Virus record (IMG/VR): IMGVR_UViG_3300027693_000013 | Location: 1-34,858 of that record | Length of the DNA stretch: 34,858 nt | DNA from: a virus | Lineage: Duplodnaviria > Caudoviricetes | Direction: 5' to 3' (one strand) | Part shown: piece after piece, positions 26,336 through 34,455 of the stretch | Layout of the letters: each line of letters begins with the position of its first letter | How positions within the stretch are numbered: position 1 is the first letter of the stretch | Notes under the pieces: generated by a model | What the model was told of the DNA's origin: nothing | The model's database searches: none | What the model saw: the letters and a program-made list of their open reading frames with translations, nothing else | Program-made: the position numbers and the translations under genes

Positions 26336-27351
26336 CCAGCCACCCTCGAGCCAGCCCATTCGCCTCTTAGCTTTTGAACAGCTTCATCGGCGCAAGCATC
26401 AGCATTGGCCAGCAGCTCTTTGCTTGAATAGACGCCATCCCCTGGCTCGCCATTAACTAGCTGCTTGCCGTTCACTATGTAAATTGCTTGCCACTCGTTC
26501 GCGCTCTCTTTGCGCTCCCACGGCACCAGATCCGGGTGCAATACGTGACTCTCACACCCTTGCTGTTGCGCCTCCACCGGAATCAGGTCATCCCAGCGTG
26601 CGCAGTGCCACGTGCTATCACTTAGCGCAGATGAATGCGCGCAGGTACGGCAATTGACTTGCTTCGTCGTCTTGCTTCCAAAGCACTGATCATGACCTGC
26701 GCAGTACTTGCATTCGTACCAGGTGGGGTTGGTGCTCAAAGGCTCCGGCATGCGGTCAGACAACGTAATGCGGCGACCACGGTCTACCAGCTTCTGAGCC
26801 GCTTCTTTGTCCAGATGCAACCGCTCTGTATAGATCCTGTCATCGTCCTTGCAGACTGCCACATACAACGCCCGGTCTAAGCCCGTGCCCAACATGTAGA
26901 CCTGCATCTGAGCCCAATGCATCGGCTTCGCTTCTTGCACACCCTTTGCTTTCAATTCATTAAAAGACTTCAAAGAGTGCGTTTTAAACTCTGCGACGTG
27001 GGGGGTTTTCGCGGCTCCAGGCACATTCTTCTCAATCCGAGCATCAAGAGAGCCAGACACATGCGCCCCAAAATCAACTCTGCTTTGACCCGCCGATGGA
27101 ACCCGAACGTCCAGGCCAATGGACCGAAGATCATTGATAATTTGCTGTTCTTCATTGTGACCCCTACGAAATAGCCGCAACATGCGGCCGGAAAACTTCT
27201 CGACAACTGCCCAGCGAAATGACAACCACAACCATCGGTCACACTTGTGACCCAGCATTGACGCGCCTAGGTGCGACCGTGGTTTTTCGTGACGTTCTTC
27301 ATGCGCCTTGTCGATTAAAGACGCGATAGAATCCATCTCAGGTATTTGCAT
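26332..27351 (-). CDS. Cas4-like PD-(D/E)XK exonuclease
   Basis: HLGAS.LG..CDR, GSLD, EFKT, AQMQVYM and C-terminal ECKYC....QC cysteine cluster. Confidence 0.85.
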   Translation of the reverse strand: MQIPEMDSIASLIDKAHEERHEKPRSHLGASMLGHKCDRWLWLSFRWAVVEKFSGRMLRLFRRGHNEEQQIINDLRSIGLDVRVPSAGQSRVDFGAHVSGSLDARIEKNVPGAAKTPHVAEFKTHSLKSFNELKAKGVQEAKPMHWAQMQVYMLGTGLDRALYVAVCKDDDRIYTERLHLDKEAAQKLVDRGRRITLSDRMPEPLSTNPTWYECKYCAGHDQCFGSKTTKQVNCRTCAHSSALSDSTWHCARWDDLIPVEAQQQGCESHVLHPDLVPWERKESANEWQAIYIVNGKQLVNGEPGDGVYSSKELLANADACADEAVQKLRGEWAGSRVAG

Positions 27352-27391
27352 GTTAATCTCCTCGTTCTGCCCCCCGAAGGCAGTTGCCATT

Positions 27392-27427
27392 GCCCCTCAG
27401 CGCGAAAGCGTCAAGGGGCTTTTTTTT
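27392..27427 (+). terminator. Terminator-like hairpin oriented antisense to the flanking genes
   Basis: GCCCCT-CA-GCGC-GAAA-GCGT-CA-AGGGGC followed by T8 on the + strand. Confidence 0.55.
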
Positions 27428-27429
27428 GC

Positions 27430-27909
27430 TTACTTCTTACCCCACGGAGGAGCAGCCTTGGCGCTGGACGGAACAGCAGGTGCAGCGGTCGGCAGGCTAG
27501 ACATTGCGCCCATCACAGCCTTGAAGCCTTTCACTTCGTTGCGCTCGCCGTACTTGTCATCGTCCTTGACATCCAGCTTGATAACGAGACTTCCACCAAT
27601 CAGTTGATCGGTGTCAGTCACACGGGCCAGCCCGATGGCTCGCATGATGTCGCCCAGCTGCTGGCGGCCAATCTCCTCGGCCTTGGGGTTTGGGTTCTTG
27701 ATGTTCAGGTTTCCGAAGATCACACGACCCTGATGGGTTGGGCCAGTAATGCTGTACTTGATAGCGATGTACTCGCCAGTTCCAGCCTTCGTTTCCTTGA
27801 CCTCGGCACCAGAGATAGTTGCTGAATACCAGCCAGCAGGCAGTGGGTTGAATTCAGTCGCGCCCTTGGGCAGATCGGAGACGTCAAATGATTGTGAAAG
27901 AAATGCCAT
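27430..27909 (-). CDS. DUF669 family ssDNA-binding-like protein
   Basis: FNPLPAGWY.A.I..AE.KETK.G.G.YI, RNEVKGF and C-terminal PPW. Confidence 0.8.
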   Translation of the reverse strand: MAFLSQSFDVSDLPKGATEFNPLPAGWYSATISGAEVKETKAGTGEYIAIKYSITGPTHQGRVIFGNLNIKNPNPKAEEIGRQQLGDIMRAIGLARVTDTDQLIGGSLVIKLDVKDDDKYGERNEVKGFKAVMGAMSSLPTAAPAVPSSAKAAPPWGKK

Positions 27910-27911
27910 GA

Positions 27912-28313
27912 TTAGACCTTTTTGGTGATTGTGAAAGATGGCCTGGAGGCCGTGGTAGTGATTGCATCAAGCAGAGGAGCCGTGATTGACTCATGAGCAG
28001 ACTTCCAAGCGCTCATGTTGATTTCCGGCTTCCATCGAAACAGAGAAGAGAGGTGTTCGGTCAGTCCGGCTTCCTCTGCTATAGACTGAAGCTTATCAGT
28101 ATTGACCTTCCGGTCAAGCCTGCCAGCTACTTTTATTTCGTACATCCCAGCCAGTTCGTTCTTTGTGCCTTCCATCTGTTTGGGAATGCCAAGACATTCA
28201 ACGAGTTGATCTTCAATGTCTCGGCGTCTGTCAGTGGCTGCTTTCTCCTCTTGCTTTGCTTCTTCCCATTGCGCAGCTAGGAATGCGGCGTCTGTCTTGA
28301 TGAAGATTGTCAT
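27912..28313 (-). CDS. Conserved-type phage protein in the recombination module
   Basis: W..AK..E..A...RR.IED..FRWKPEI..W; probable start MTIFIKT coupled to upstream stop. Confidence 0.65.
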   Translation of the reverse strand: MTIFIKTDAAFLAAQWEEAKQEEKAATDRRRDIEDQLVECLGIPKQMEGTKNELAGMYEIKVAGRLDRKVNTDKLQSIAEEAGLTEHLSSLFRWKPEINMSAWKSAHESITAPLLDAITTTASRPSFTITKKV

Positions 28314-28555
28314 TTGTTCCCCCTTGCTCGGATGGCTGCGGCGCATCGACGCGCCTCTATATCTTCACGATTGTTGTCGCCCGTGTAGCGGGCGTCACAT
28401 ACCTTCGCAGAAGCCTCGCGTTCTGCTTCTGCAACGAGGACGGCGAAGCGTTCAAGCTCCTGCTGAGTGACCGTCCAAAAGTCGTTATGCCACGCGGGTT
28501 TCTTGTCGGAATCGCAAGCTTGCTGCATCAGCTTGATGATGTCGTCTCGGGTCAT
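28310..28555 (-). CDS. Hypothetical phage protein
   Basis: MTRDDII..LERFAVLVAEAEREA.AKVCD..CAAAIRARG pattern. Confidence 0.65.
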   Translation of the reverse strand: MTRDDIIKLMQQACDSDKKPAWHNDFWTVTQQELERFAVLVAEAEREASAKVCDARYTGDNNREDIEARRCAAAIRARGNK

Positions 28556-29229
28556 ACATTCCCCCCAATCTTCGCAATCACAGCACCAAGATCCGGGCCT
28601 TCCCACGCGCCCAGCTTGCCGGAACGATCCTTAGCCAACCACAACCCGTCTGAGTCGCACATCAGCGCGCGTTGTGTGCCACCCTCTGCATCACGTTCAA
28701 CTCGCAGCGCCAAAACTTCATCAAAAAAATACGGCAGAGATTGGCCGGTTTTGTTGCCGGGCATCGATGGGCTATACAGAACACGGCCCATCTCGTCCTG
28801 AGTCTTCTCCAGCTTCGCTGTCATCAGAACGTGGCGGCCTGGAAGATCACGGAATGCGCGGATAACGTCTGACATTTGTTCTTGCATTGACCCGTATGCC
28901 GCGCGGGGATCTTTGTTCGTCTTCTTCTCGTGGTTCAGTACCACCTCGGCGATCTCCGAGATTGAATCAATGGCCACAGATTGAAAGCTCTTTGCTTCGT
29001 CCGATTTTGTGAGCCATTCGTAAGCCTCCCTGAGGGCGTCCATTGAGCTAATCTCAATGAAGGGCACGTCGGCCCCGGCGATAGACAACAAACCGCCCTC
29101 GGCGCTGAGGACTACGGGGTTGGGCAATGTAGGAATAAGGGAAGTCTTGCCTGCGCCAGCAGCGCCGTAGACCAAAAGTTTTACACCCGAGGCGGCCAGT
29201 TGGCCGGTGGTTTTGAGATTGATTGCCAT
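28552..29229 (-). CDS. Sak4-like AAA ATPase (ssDNA annealing recombinase)
   Basis: LLVYGAAGAGKT, SAEGGLLS, VAIDSISE, AKDRSG; SSB-like and exonuclease genes in the same operon. Confidence 0.82.
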   Translation of the reverse strand: MAINLKTTGQLAASGVKLLVYGAAGAGKTSLIPTLPNPVVLSAEGGLLSIAGADVPFIEISSMDALREAYEWLTKSDEAKSFQSVAIDSISEIAEVVLNHEKKTNKDPRAAYGSMQEQMSDVIRAFRDLPGRHVLMTAKLEKTQDEMGRVLYSPSMPGNKTGQSLPYFFDEVLALRVERDAEGGTQRALMCDSDGLWLAKDRSGKLGAWEGPDLGAVIAKIGGNV

Positions 29230-29238
29230 AGTGTTTCC

Positions 29239-29346
29239 TTAGAATGGCGCTGGTGGCGCAGGTGGTAGGGGTTCCTGGCGGAACGGGGTAGCGGGGGGCC
29301 TTGGCAAGGCCACTCCCTTGTATGTGGGGAATGGCCAGTTTTTCAG
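29239..29346 (-). CDS. 35-aa Pro-rich peptide, possible CTG start (not in ORF track)
   Basis: (L/M)KNWPFPTYKGVALPRPPATPFRQEPLPPAPPAPF; fills the gap; GAGGTG just upstream. Confidence 0.45.
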   Translation of the reverse strand: MKNWPFPTYKGVALPRPPATPFRQEPLPPAPPAPF

Positions 29347-29528
29347 AATGCCACCTCGTTCAGCATGCAATCCGTGTAATTGAAAGCCAGATCCAATGCC
29401 TCGTCTCGGGTCTCGCAAGTGCCAAGCAATGAATACTTGCTAGGATAATCGGACGACCAGACAGTGACGTAAGCGCCGGTCTGACTTGCCCAAACTTTGT
29501 AAAAGCCGTCTTGATGAATGAGTTCCAT
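29343..29528 (-). CDS. Hypothetical protein, first gene of the leftward operon
   Basis: MELIHQDG start with GGAG Shine-Dalgarno. Confidence 0.6.
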   Translation of the reverse strand: MELIHQDGFYKVWASQTGAYVTVWSSDYPSKYSLLGTCETRDEALDLAFNYTDCMLNEVAF

Positions 29529-29575
29529 TTTGCTATCTCCGTTTAGCTGCACCGTCAGGGGATCTGTTCGTGCAA

Positions 29576-29614
29576 TGTTGACACTATAACTTGATGGGGC
29601 GTATGATGTCAACA
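29576..29614. promoter_or_regulatory. Overlapping divergent sigma70 promoters
   Basis: + strand TTGACA(29578)-18-TATGAT; - strand TTGACA(29612)-18-TATAGT; flanks TGTTGACA/TGTCAACA are inverted. Confidence 0.7.
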
Positions 29615-29639
29615 CCCCAACACAACATTTCTCACAATC

Positions 29640-29834
29640 ATGCTTTCACTTGAACTCATCCGCGAACAGCTCCAAGACCGGCGACTGACTGTCATCGCAG
29701 AGCGTACGGGCCTGCATCCCAACACTCTCAGGGACATTCGGAACAACGAAGGATGCAACCCGTCTCACCGCGTTCTGGCGGCATTGAGTGAGTACATCAA
29801 GAGCAGTGCCCAGTCGGTCCTGCGCCATGGCTGA
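29640..29834 (+). CDS. Cro/XRE-like HTH regulator
   Basis: 64 aa; IAERTGLHPNTLRDIRN...NPS...L.AL..Y. Confidence 0.75.
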   Translation: MLSLELIREQLQDRRLTVIAERTGLHPNTLRDIRNNEGCNPSHRVLAALSEYIKSSAQSVLRHG

Positions 29835-31848
29835 CCTCTCCAAAATATTAGGCGGCCCCTGGTCGCCCCCAGTGAGCCCTGTGCCTGCGGCACCGGAAGT
29901 GCAATTTGCCGAGGCGATTCGGCGTTCTGGCCTAGATGTACCGCCGGAAATTATCTTAGATGGGAAGCTGCGTCGATTTAGGTCCACAGAATCAAAGAAG
30001 TTTGATCGTTCTGGCTGGTACGTAGGCCATGCAGATGGGATTCCTTGCATCACGTTCGGGTGTTGGCGTGAAGATATCACCCAGACTGTCAAAGCTGATA
30101 TGGGCGGCAATAAGTGGACCCCAGCTGAAGAAATGGCTCACATCGCTCGGGTTGCAGCTGCAAAAAAACAGCGTGATGCCGAGATTGAGCGAGATCGAAG
30201 CGTTGCTGCAAGCACAGTAGAGACAATCTGGTCAGGTGGTGTGCAGGCCAGCCCAGAGCACCCATATCTGAAGCGCAAGGGCATCGAGGCCAATGGCGCT
30301 AGGGTAACGGGTGACGGGCGCTTGATGTTGCCTCTGTTCTCACCAGACGGCGAACTCTCAAGCCTCCAATACATTGATGAAGCGGGCGGTAAGCTATATC
30401 ACGCCGGAGGCCAGACCGGCGGCATGTATTGGATGCTAGGAACGTTAGACCAGCCCGGTGTGCTTTACATCGCAGAAGGCTTTGCCACAGCCGCGACGAT
30501 CCACCAGACCACAAACAGGCCCTGCATCGTCGCTTACAGCGCCGGTAATCTCGTGCCAGTCACAGGCTCGCTTCGTGAGCAGATGCCAGCTCAAGAGATG
30601 GTGATTGTGGCTGACCACGATGCAAGCGGAATCGGTCAGCGTTACGCAGAGCAGGCCAGTGCAAAGCATGGTGCGCGTATGATTCTGATCCCGACTCCGG
30701 GTGACGCAAACGACTACGCTCAAGCGGGAGCAGATCTTCTCATGCTGTTAGTACCGCCCAAAAGCGACATCATCACAAAGCTTAAAGCCGTCTTTGGAAA
30801 CGAGCTGGGCACAGACTACGAAGCGCCTGATGAGCTGATTGAGGGGCTTCTGGTGATGGGCAGTTTGACCGTAACTTACGGAGATAGCAACTCAGGCAAG
30901 ACATTCTGGGCTCTGGCGATGGCCGCTCATATCGCAATGGGCCGAGACTTCTGCGGCCGAAAAGTAGATCCGGGCCTTGTCATCTACTTAGCAAGCGAGG
31001 CCCCCGGCTCCATTCGCTCTCGAATGCAAGCTATGAAAAGGTACTACGACCACGATCTATCAGATCTAGTGATGGTGCCTTTGCCGATGAACTTTTACGA
31101 GGGCGACGAAGACGCAAACGATGTAGTCGATCTAGTCCGAGCCGTCTCAGAACTCAAGGGCAAGCCAGTTCGTCTGATTGTTGGCGACACTCTGGCCCGT
31201 ATGAGTGCCGGGGCAAACGAGAATTCAGGCGAAGACATGGGCCCAGTGATGGCTCGGTTTGACCGAGTGGCTCAATCCACAAAAGCCGCCCTCCACATCA
31301 TTCATCACAACGGTAAAGATCAAGCCAAAGGTGCACGCGGCTGGTCAGGCATTCGCGCCCACATCGACACCGAAATTGAGGTAGCAGAGAAAGACGGCAC
31401 TCGATCAGCCAGCGTCACAAAGCAAAGAGAGCTACCCGGCAAAGGCGAAGCCATATATTTCCGTCTTGAAGTTATTGAGATGGGAACCACGAAATTCGGC
31501 AAATCGGCAACCACTTGTGTCGCAGTACACGACGAGCAGGCTGCTGATACAGCCTCAATAAAAGACTCAGAATTTGTTGCAGCGCGCAAAAGATTTGAGC
31601 GTGCTTGGTGCAAATCACACTGCGAAACCCATATCGGCCAGCCCTACTTGTCACGGTCGGCACTCCTAGATTTCTTGATAAGCAACGACGGATTCAAGCA
31701 ATCAAAAGCCGAATCCATGTGCAAGCCAGATGGCCAAATGATCGGGCCGCTCTTAAGCGCAGACATGATAAAAACCGCTCAACATGGATGGATTGTTGTT
31801 GATAACCTGTGGATAACTTCCTTGCAGATCTTGTCAAACAAGGGTTGA
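29827..31848 (+). CDS. Primase-helicase (TOPRIM plus RepA/AAA_25-like helicase)
   Basis: HPYL.RKGI, IAEGFATA, IVADHD, GDAND; YGDSNSGKT, IVGDTLAR, IIHHNGKD..GARGWS. Confidence 0.9.
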   Translation: MADLSKILGGPWSPPVSPVPAAPEVQFAEAIRRSGLDVPPEIILDGKLRRFRSTESKKFDRSGWYVGHADGIPCITFGCWREDITQTVKADMGGNKWTPAEEMAHIARVAAAKKQRDAEIERDRSVAASTVETIWSGGVQASPEHPYLKRKGIEANGARVTGDGRLMLPLFSPDGELSSLQYIDEAGGKLYHAGGQTGGMYWMLGTLDQPGVLYIAEGFATAATIHQTTNRPCIVAYSAGNLVPVTGSLREQMPAQEMVIVADHDASGIGQRYAEQASAKHGARMILIPTPGDANDYAQAGADLLMLLVPPKSDIITKLKAVFGNELGTDYEAPDELIEGLLVMGSLTVTYGDSNSGKTFWALAMAAHIAMGRDFCGRKVDPGLVIYLASEAPGSIRSRMQAMKRYYDHDLSDLVMVPLPMNFYEGDEDANDVVDLVRAVSELKGKPVRLIVGDTLARMSAGANENSGEDMGPVMARFDRVAQSTKAALHIIHHNGKDQAKGARGWSGIRAHIDTEIEVAEKDGTRSASVTKQRELPGKGEAIYFRLEVIEMGTTKFGKSATTCVAVHDEQAADTASIKDSEFVAARKRFERAWCKSHCETHIGQPYLSRSALLDFLISNDGFKQSKAESMCKPDGQMIGPLLSADMIKTAQHGWIVVDNLWITSLQILSNKG

Positions 31849-32140
31849 AAAATTTAACGTCTAATGGTTTTGAGTCAATCAAAATTTGTACACTACGTGA
31901 AAAACACAACACAAGAAGGATTTAAGCCTCACTTCTTGTGTAAAAAAACTTTACGTACCGTTAAACACGGACACATGTAGTGTACAATCAAATTGCAGTA
32001 GCGTTAAAGACGAACTCTGTAGAGTCATAGGAAATTTAGACTCTACTATAAGTATAAGATTAACGTAAGTTAATCTAATACTTATAGCCCCTGCGGGGGG
32101 CTATAAGTTTAGATGAACTAACAAGCAAAGGATTGAATCA
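31849..32140. other. AT-rich intergenic region with nested inverted repeats, putative replication origin
   Basis: Long non-coding gap after the primase-helicase; at least five inverted repeats. Confidence 0.55.
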
Positions 32141-32698
32141 ATGGACTACAAAGAGACTTTGAACATGCTTGGATGGATGGCTAAGAATGCCAAGCTCAGT
32201 GGAACAGACGCACGTGTCTTGACACTGATTGCCACGGGAGCAAATTACAAGACCGGAGAATTTTCAGCTAGCTATGACGACATAGCTCAAGCCTTGCGAA
32301 CCACAAAGCAGTCAGTCATGCTTGCGATCAAGAGATTGGAAAAAGCAGGAGCCATCAAGAAATTGACGGAGCCAGTCGGGCGGGCGCCAGCGAACTACAA
32401 AATTCGAAGCCTTGACGATTTGCTGCTGCTTCATGAATCAGAAGAATTTAATCTTGCTTGGAGGGACTGGAGCAAAAAACGAGATGATCTTTTCTATCAG
32501 TTTGAGCAACAAATTGAAGAAGCCTCTGTAGGCTGCAAAGAATGCACAGATGATCAACTCTGTCCCAGTCACCAAGCTAGCCGTGAAGCTCTTTTAAACA
32601 GCCCTAAGGGACGTGAAATGCGGTTGTGGGACTCAGACAACCCGGCACCAAAATCGCACGTCAAAAAGGTGGCGTTTATTGAAATGGATAAGTTGTGA
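32141..32698 (+). CDS. Winged-helix protein, replication-initiator-like N-terminus
   Basis: LSGTDARVL..IA..SYDDIAQAL......V..AIKRLEKAGAI; CKEC....LCPSH cluster. Confidence 0.65.
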   Translation: MDYKETLNMLGWMAKNAKLSGTDARVLTLIATGANYKTGEFSASYDDIAQALRTTKQSVMLAIKRLEKAGAIKKLTEPVGRAPANYKIRSLDDLLLLHESEEFNLAWRDWSKKRDDLFYQFEQQIEEASVGCKECTDDQLCPSHQASREALLNSPKGREMRLWDSDNPAPKSHVKKVAFIEMDKL

Positions 32699-32731
32699 AC
32701 CAATCAACCAGCAAAGTTAGGAGGTACTAAC

Positions 32732-33214
32732 ATGGATGAAGAAGCAGAAAATTCCAGACAAGAAATTCGTCGGGGTGGTGGCGGGGCTCAGCCAGGGGCG
32801 GGTAGGCCTGCGTTTGTGCCGACTGATGAAGAGCGTGAGTATGTTGAGAAGTTGTCGGGGATTGGGCTGGTGCAGGAGCAGATTGCGGCGCTGATCCGGG
32901 ACGGCATTCACAGCGATACGCTGCGGGACCATTTTGGCAAGGAGTTATTAGCCGGTAAAGCAAAGGCAAATGCGAAGATCGGTGGGACGCTTTATCAGAA
33001 GGCAATCAATGGAGATACTGGCTCGCTTATCTGGTGGACTAAAACTCAAATGCGCTGGGCAGAAACTCAGAAGCATGAAATAGTACATACGGGTATTAGT
33101 ATTACTGGCGCATTAGAGGCGGCCAAGGCACGGCTCATTGCCGAGGATGTCATTGACGCGAAGGTCGTAGAGCCTCGGCAGATCGAAGATGGGTCAGGAC
33201 AGGGGGAGACGTAA
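32732..33214 (+). CDS. terS: Terminase small subunit (putative)
   Basis: GRPAFVPT..R..VE.LSG.G...EQIA..I..TLR.HF..EL..GKAKAN.KI..LYQKA..GD....IWW.KTQ.RW.E. Confidence 0.72.
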   Translation: MDEEAENSRQEIRRGGGGAQPGAGRPAFVPTDEEREYVEKLSGIGLVQEQIAALIRDGIHSDTLRDHFGKELLAGKAKANAKIGGTLYQKAINGDTGSLIWWTKTQMRWAETQKHEIVHTGISITGALEAAKARLIAEDVIDAKVVEPRQIEDGSGQGET

Positions 33215-33237
33215 AAAAAGGCCCCTGAGGGCCTTTT
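33213..33237. terminator. Bidirectional terminator between convergent transcription units
   Basis: A7-GGCCC-CTGA-GGGCC-TTTT. Confidence 0.75.
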
Positions 33238-33254
33238 GGTGTGTTCTTAAGCCA

Positions 33255-33314
33255 TCAATCTTGGAGTGAGCAAAGGATCAAGAAGAGTAGGACTAGAACG
33301 GCGATTTCAAACAT
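33255..33314 (-). CDS. 19-aa hydrophobic peptide (not in ORF track)
   Basis: MFEIAVLVLLFLILCSLQD; GGAG Shine-Dalgarno; starts 2 nt after upstream stop. Confidence 0.45.
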   Translation of the reverse strand: MFEIAVLVLLFLILCSLQD

Positions 33315-33316
33315 GT

Positions 33317-33505
33317 TCAATGCTCCAGGCTGTTGGTTGAGTAGCGGTCGAGGATGACCCATGCTTTAAAGACTTGGTGCTGGTCTATTGATGGGATCGA
33401 GCCTATCTCGCGGGCCAGGGCTAAGAGAGCGACCATGGCCTCGCTGTACTTCGGGAGATTGGCCTCGGCCAGGATCTCGTCTGCCTCGATGATTGCCTGC
33501 ATCAT
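33317..33505 (-). CDS. Hypothetical protein
   Basis: MMQAIIEADEILAEANLPKYSE; GAGGTG Shine-Dalgarno; ATGA overlap. Confidence 0.6.
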   Translation of the reverse strand: MMQAIIEADEILAEANLPKYSEAMVALLALAREIGSIPSIDQHQVFKAWVILDRYSTNSLEH

Positions 33506-33654
33506 TTGGCGCACCTCTTGTATGCATCGCCTATGAGCGTGAAACGATAGCCACAGCTAGTGCACCCCAGCCTACGTCGTTTAACGTTGTGTACGGGGCT
33601 GTGACGCGTTTCTAGCACCCTTGCTGGGGCTTGGCACTTCGGGCAGTAGCTCAT
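33502..33654 (-). CDS. NrdR-like zinc-ribbon protein, 50 aa (not in ORF track)
   Basis: MSYCPKCQAPARVLETRHSPVHNVKRRRLGCTSCGYRFTL; AAGGAG Shine-Dalgarno. Confidence 0.72.
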   Translation of the reverse strand: MSYCPKCQAPARVLETRHSPVHNVKRRRLGCTSCGYRFTLIGDAYKRCAK

Positions 33655-33782
33655 CTGTAGAACTCCTTCTCAATTGTGTGCGTGGGCACGTTGAATGTGA
33701 TCGATGTGAGGATCAGGGCGATGCGGAATGGGTGGCCTGCATTGAGCAGGCTCAGAAGGTGGGCTTGGCGAGTCTGTTGCAT
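33651..33782 (-). CDS. 43-aa hypothetical protein (not in ORF track)
   Basis: MQQTRQAHLLSLLNAGHPFRIALILTSITFNVPTHTIEKEFYR; coupled to its neighbours. Confidence 0.55.
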   Translation of the reverse strand: MQQTRQAHLLSLLNAGHPFRIALILTSITFNVPTHTIEKEFYR

Positions 33783-33783
33783 G

Positions 33784-33852
33784 TCAGAAGTACATCCCGA
33801 AGACGAGGCCGGCGATGATGCCAAGGGCGATTGCGAAGATGGCTTGTTTCAT
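33784..33852 (-). CDS. 22-aa single-TM peptide (not in ORF track)
   Basis: MKQAIFAIALGIIAGLVFGMYF; GAGGTG Shine-Dalgarno; ATGA overlap. Confidence 0.6.
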   Translation of the reverse strand: MKQAIFAIALGIIAGLVFGMYF

Positions 33853-34106
33853 GCTGCCACCTCGGCCACAACGATGCGCGGGGCTGCCCCCCCACGATAT
33901 AGCCCTGGGTGCTGGCACGATTCCCACAAGAGGTGCTTTACTTGCTCTTCGAGCAGGGCGCGGTATTCCCCACGCACCCCATTTGCACGCGCAGCTAAAG
34001 AATTCGCGCGGGAAACGATGACAAGGCTTTCGGCTTCAAACTCGGCCACTTCAGCACCCTCAAGGGTGTCGGCTTCAGCAGGGAAAATGATTTGATAGTT
34101 GGTCAT
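33849..34106 (-). CDS. Hypothetical early protein
   Basis: 85-aa ORF within the tightly packed minus-strand cassette. Confidence 0.6.
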   Translation of the reverse strand: MTNYQIIFPAEADTLEGAEVAEFEAESLVIVSRANSLAARANGVRGEYRALLEEQVKHLLWESCQHPGLYRGGAAPRIVVAEVAA

Positions 34107-34142
34107 GATGTTCTTTTGATGGGGCCGGAGCCACTGGGTGAT

Positions 34143-34376
34143 TTACATGCCGACCATAGCGGCGCGGATAGCGGTCTTGCTGTACGGTGCGCCGTCAGGG
34201 GTGCGGGTGATGCCCTGATCGTTTAATTCGTCCAGCATGTTGCTAGCAGCTTTCTCTCGCCCACCTGAGCAATTGCGAACGTGATCTAGCGCCATGCGGT
34301 AGAGGCCTTCGTCGTTGTTGACCCACAAAGCGACGTTCCAATGGTTGTAGTTCTTGTGGCCGTTGAATTTGCTCAT
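34143..34376 (-). CDS. Conserved-type early phage protein (DUF7249-like)
   Basis: NGHKNYNHWNVALWVNNDEGLY...TPDG; AAGGA Shine-Dalgarno before MSKF. Confidence 0.65.
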   Translation of the reverse strand: MSKFNGHKNYNHWNVALWVNNDEGLYRMALDHVRNCSGGREKAASNMLDELNDQGITRTPDGAPYSKTAIRAAMVGM

Positions 34377-34455
34377 GATGTGCTTCCTTTGTTGATGGTG
34401 GGTTAAGCGTTCTTGATGTCGTTGATGACGTGCGTGGGGCCGGAGCCCCTGGTTG

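Noticed and set aside
26332-27351. CRISPR-Cas component
   Set aside because: A solo Cas4-like nuclease in a phage recombination module; no array or other cas genes seen
29640-32698. Lysogeny module
   Set aside because: No integrase, CI-type peptidase repressor, ParA or att-like site recognised
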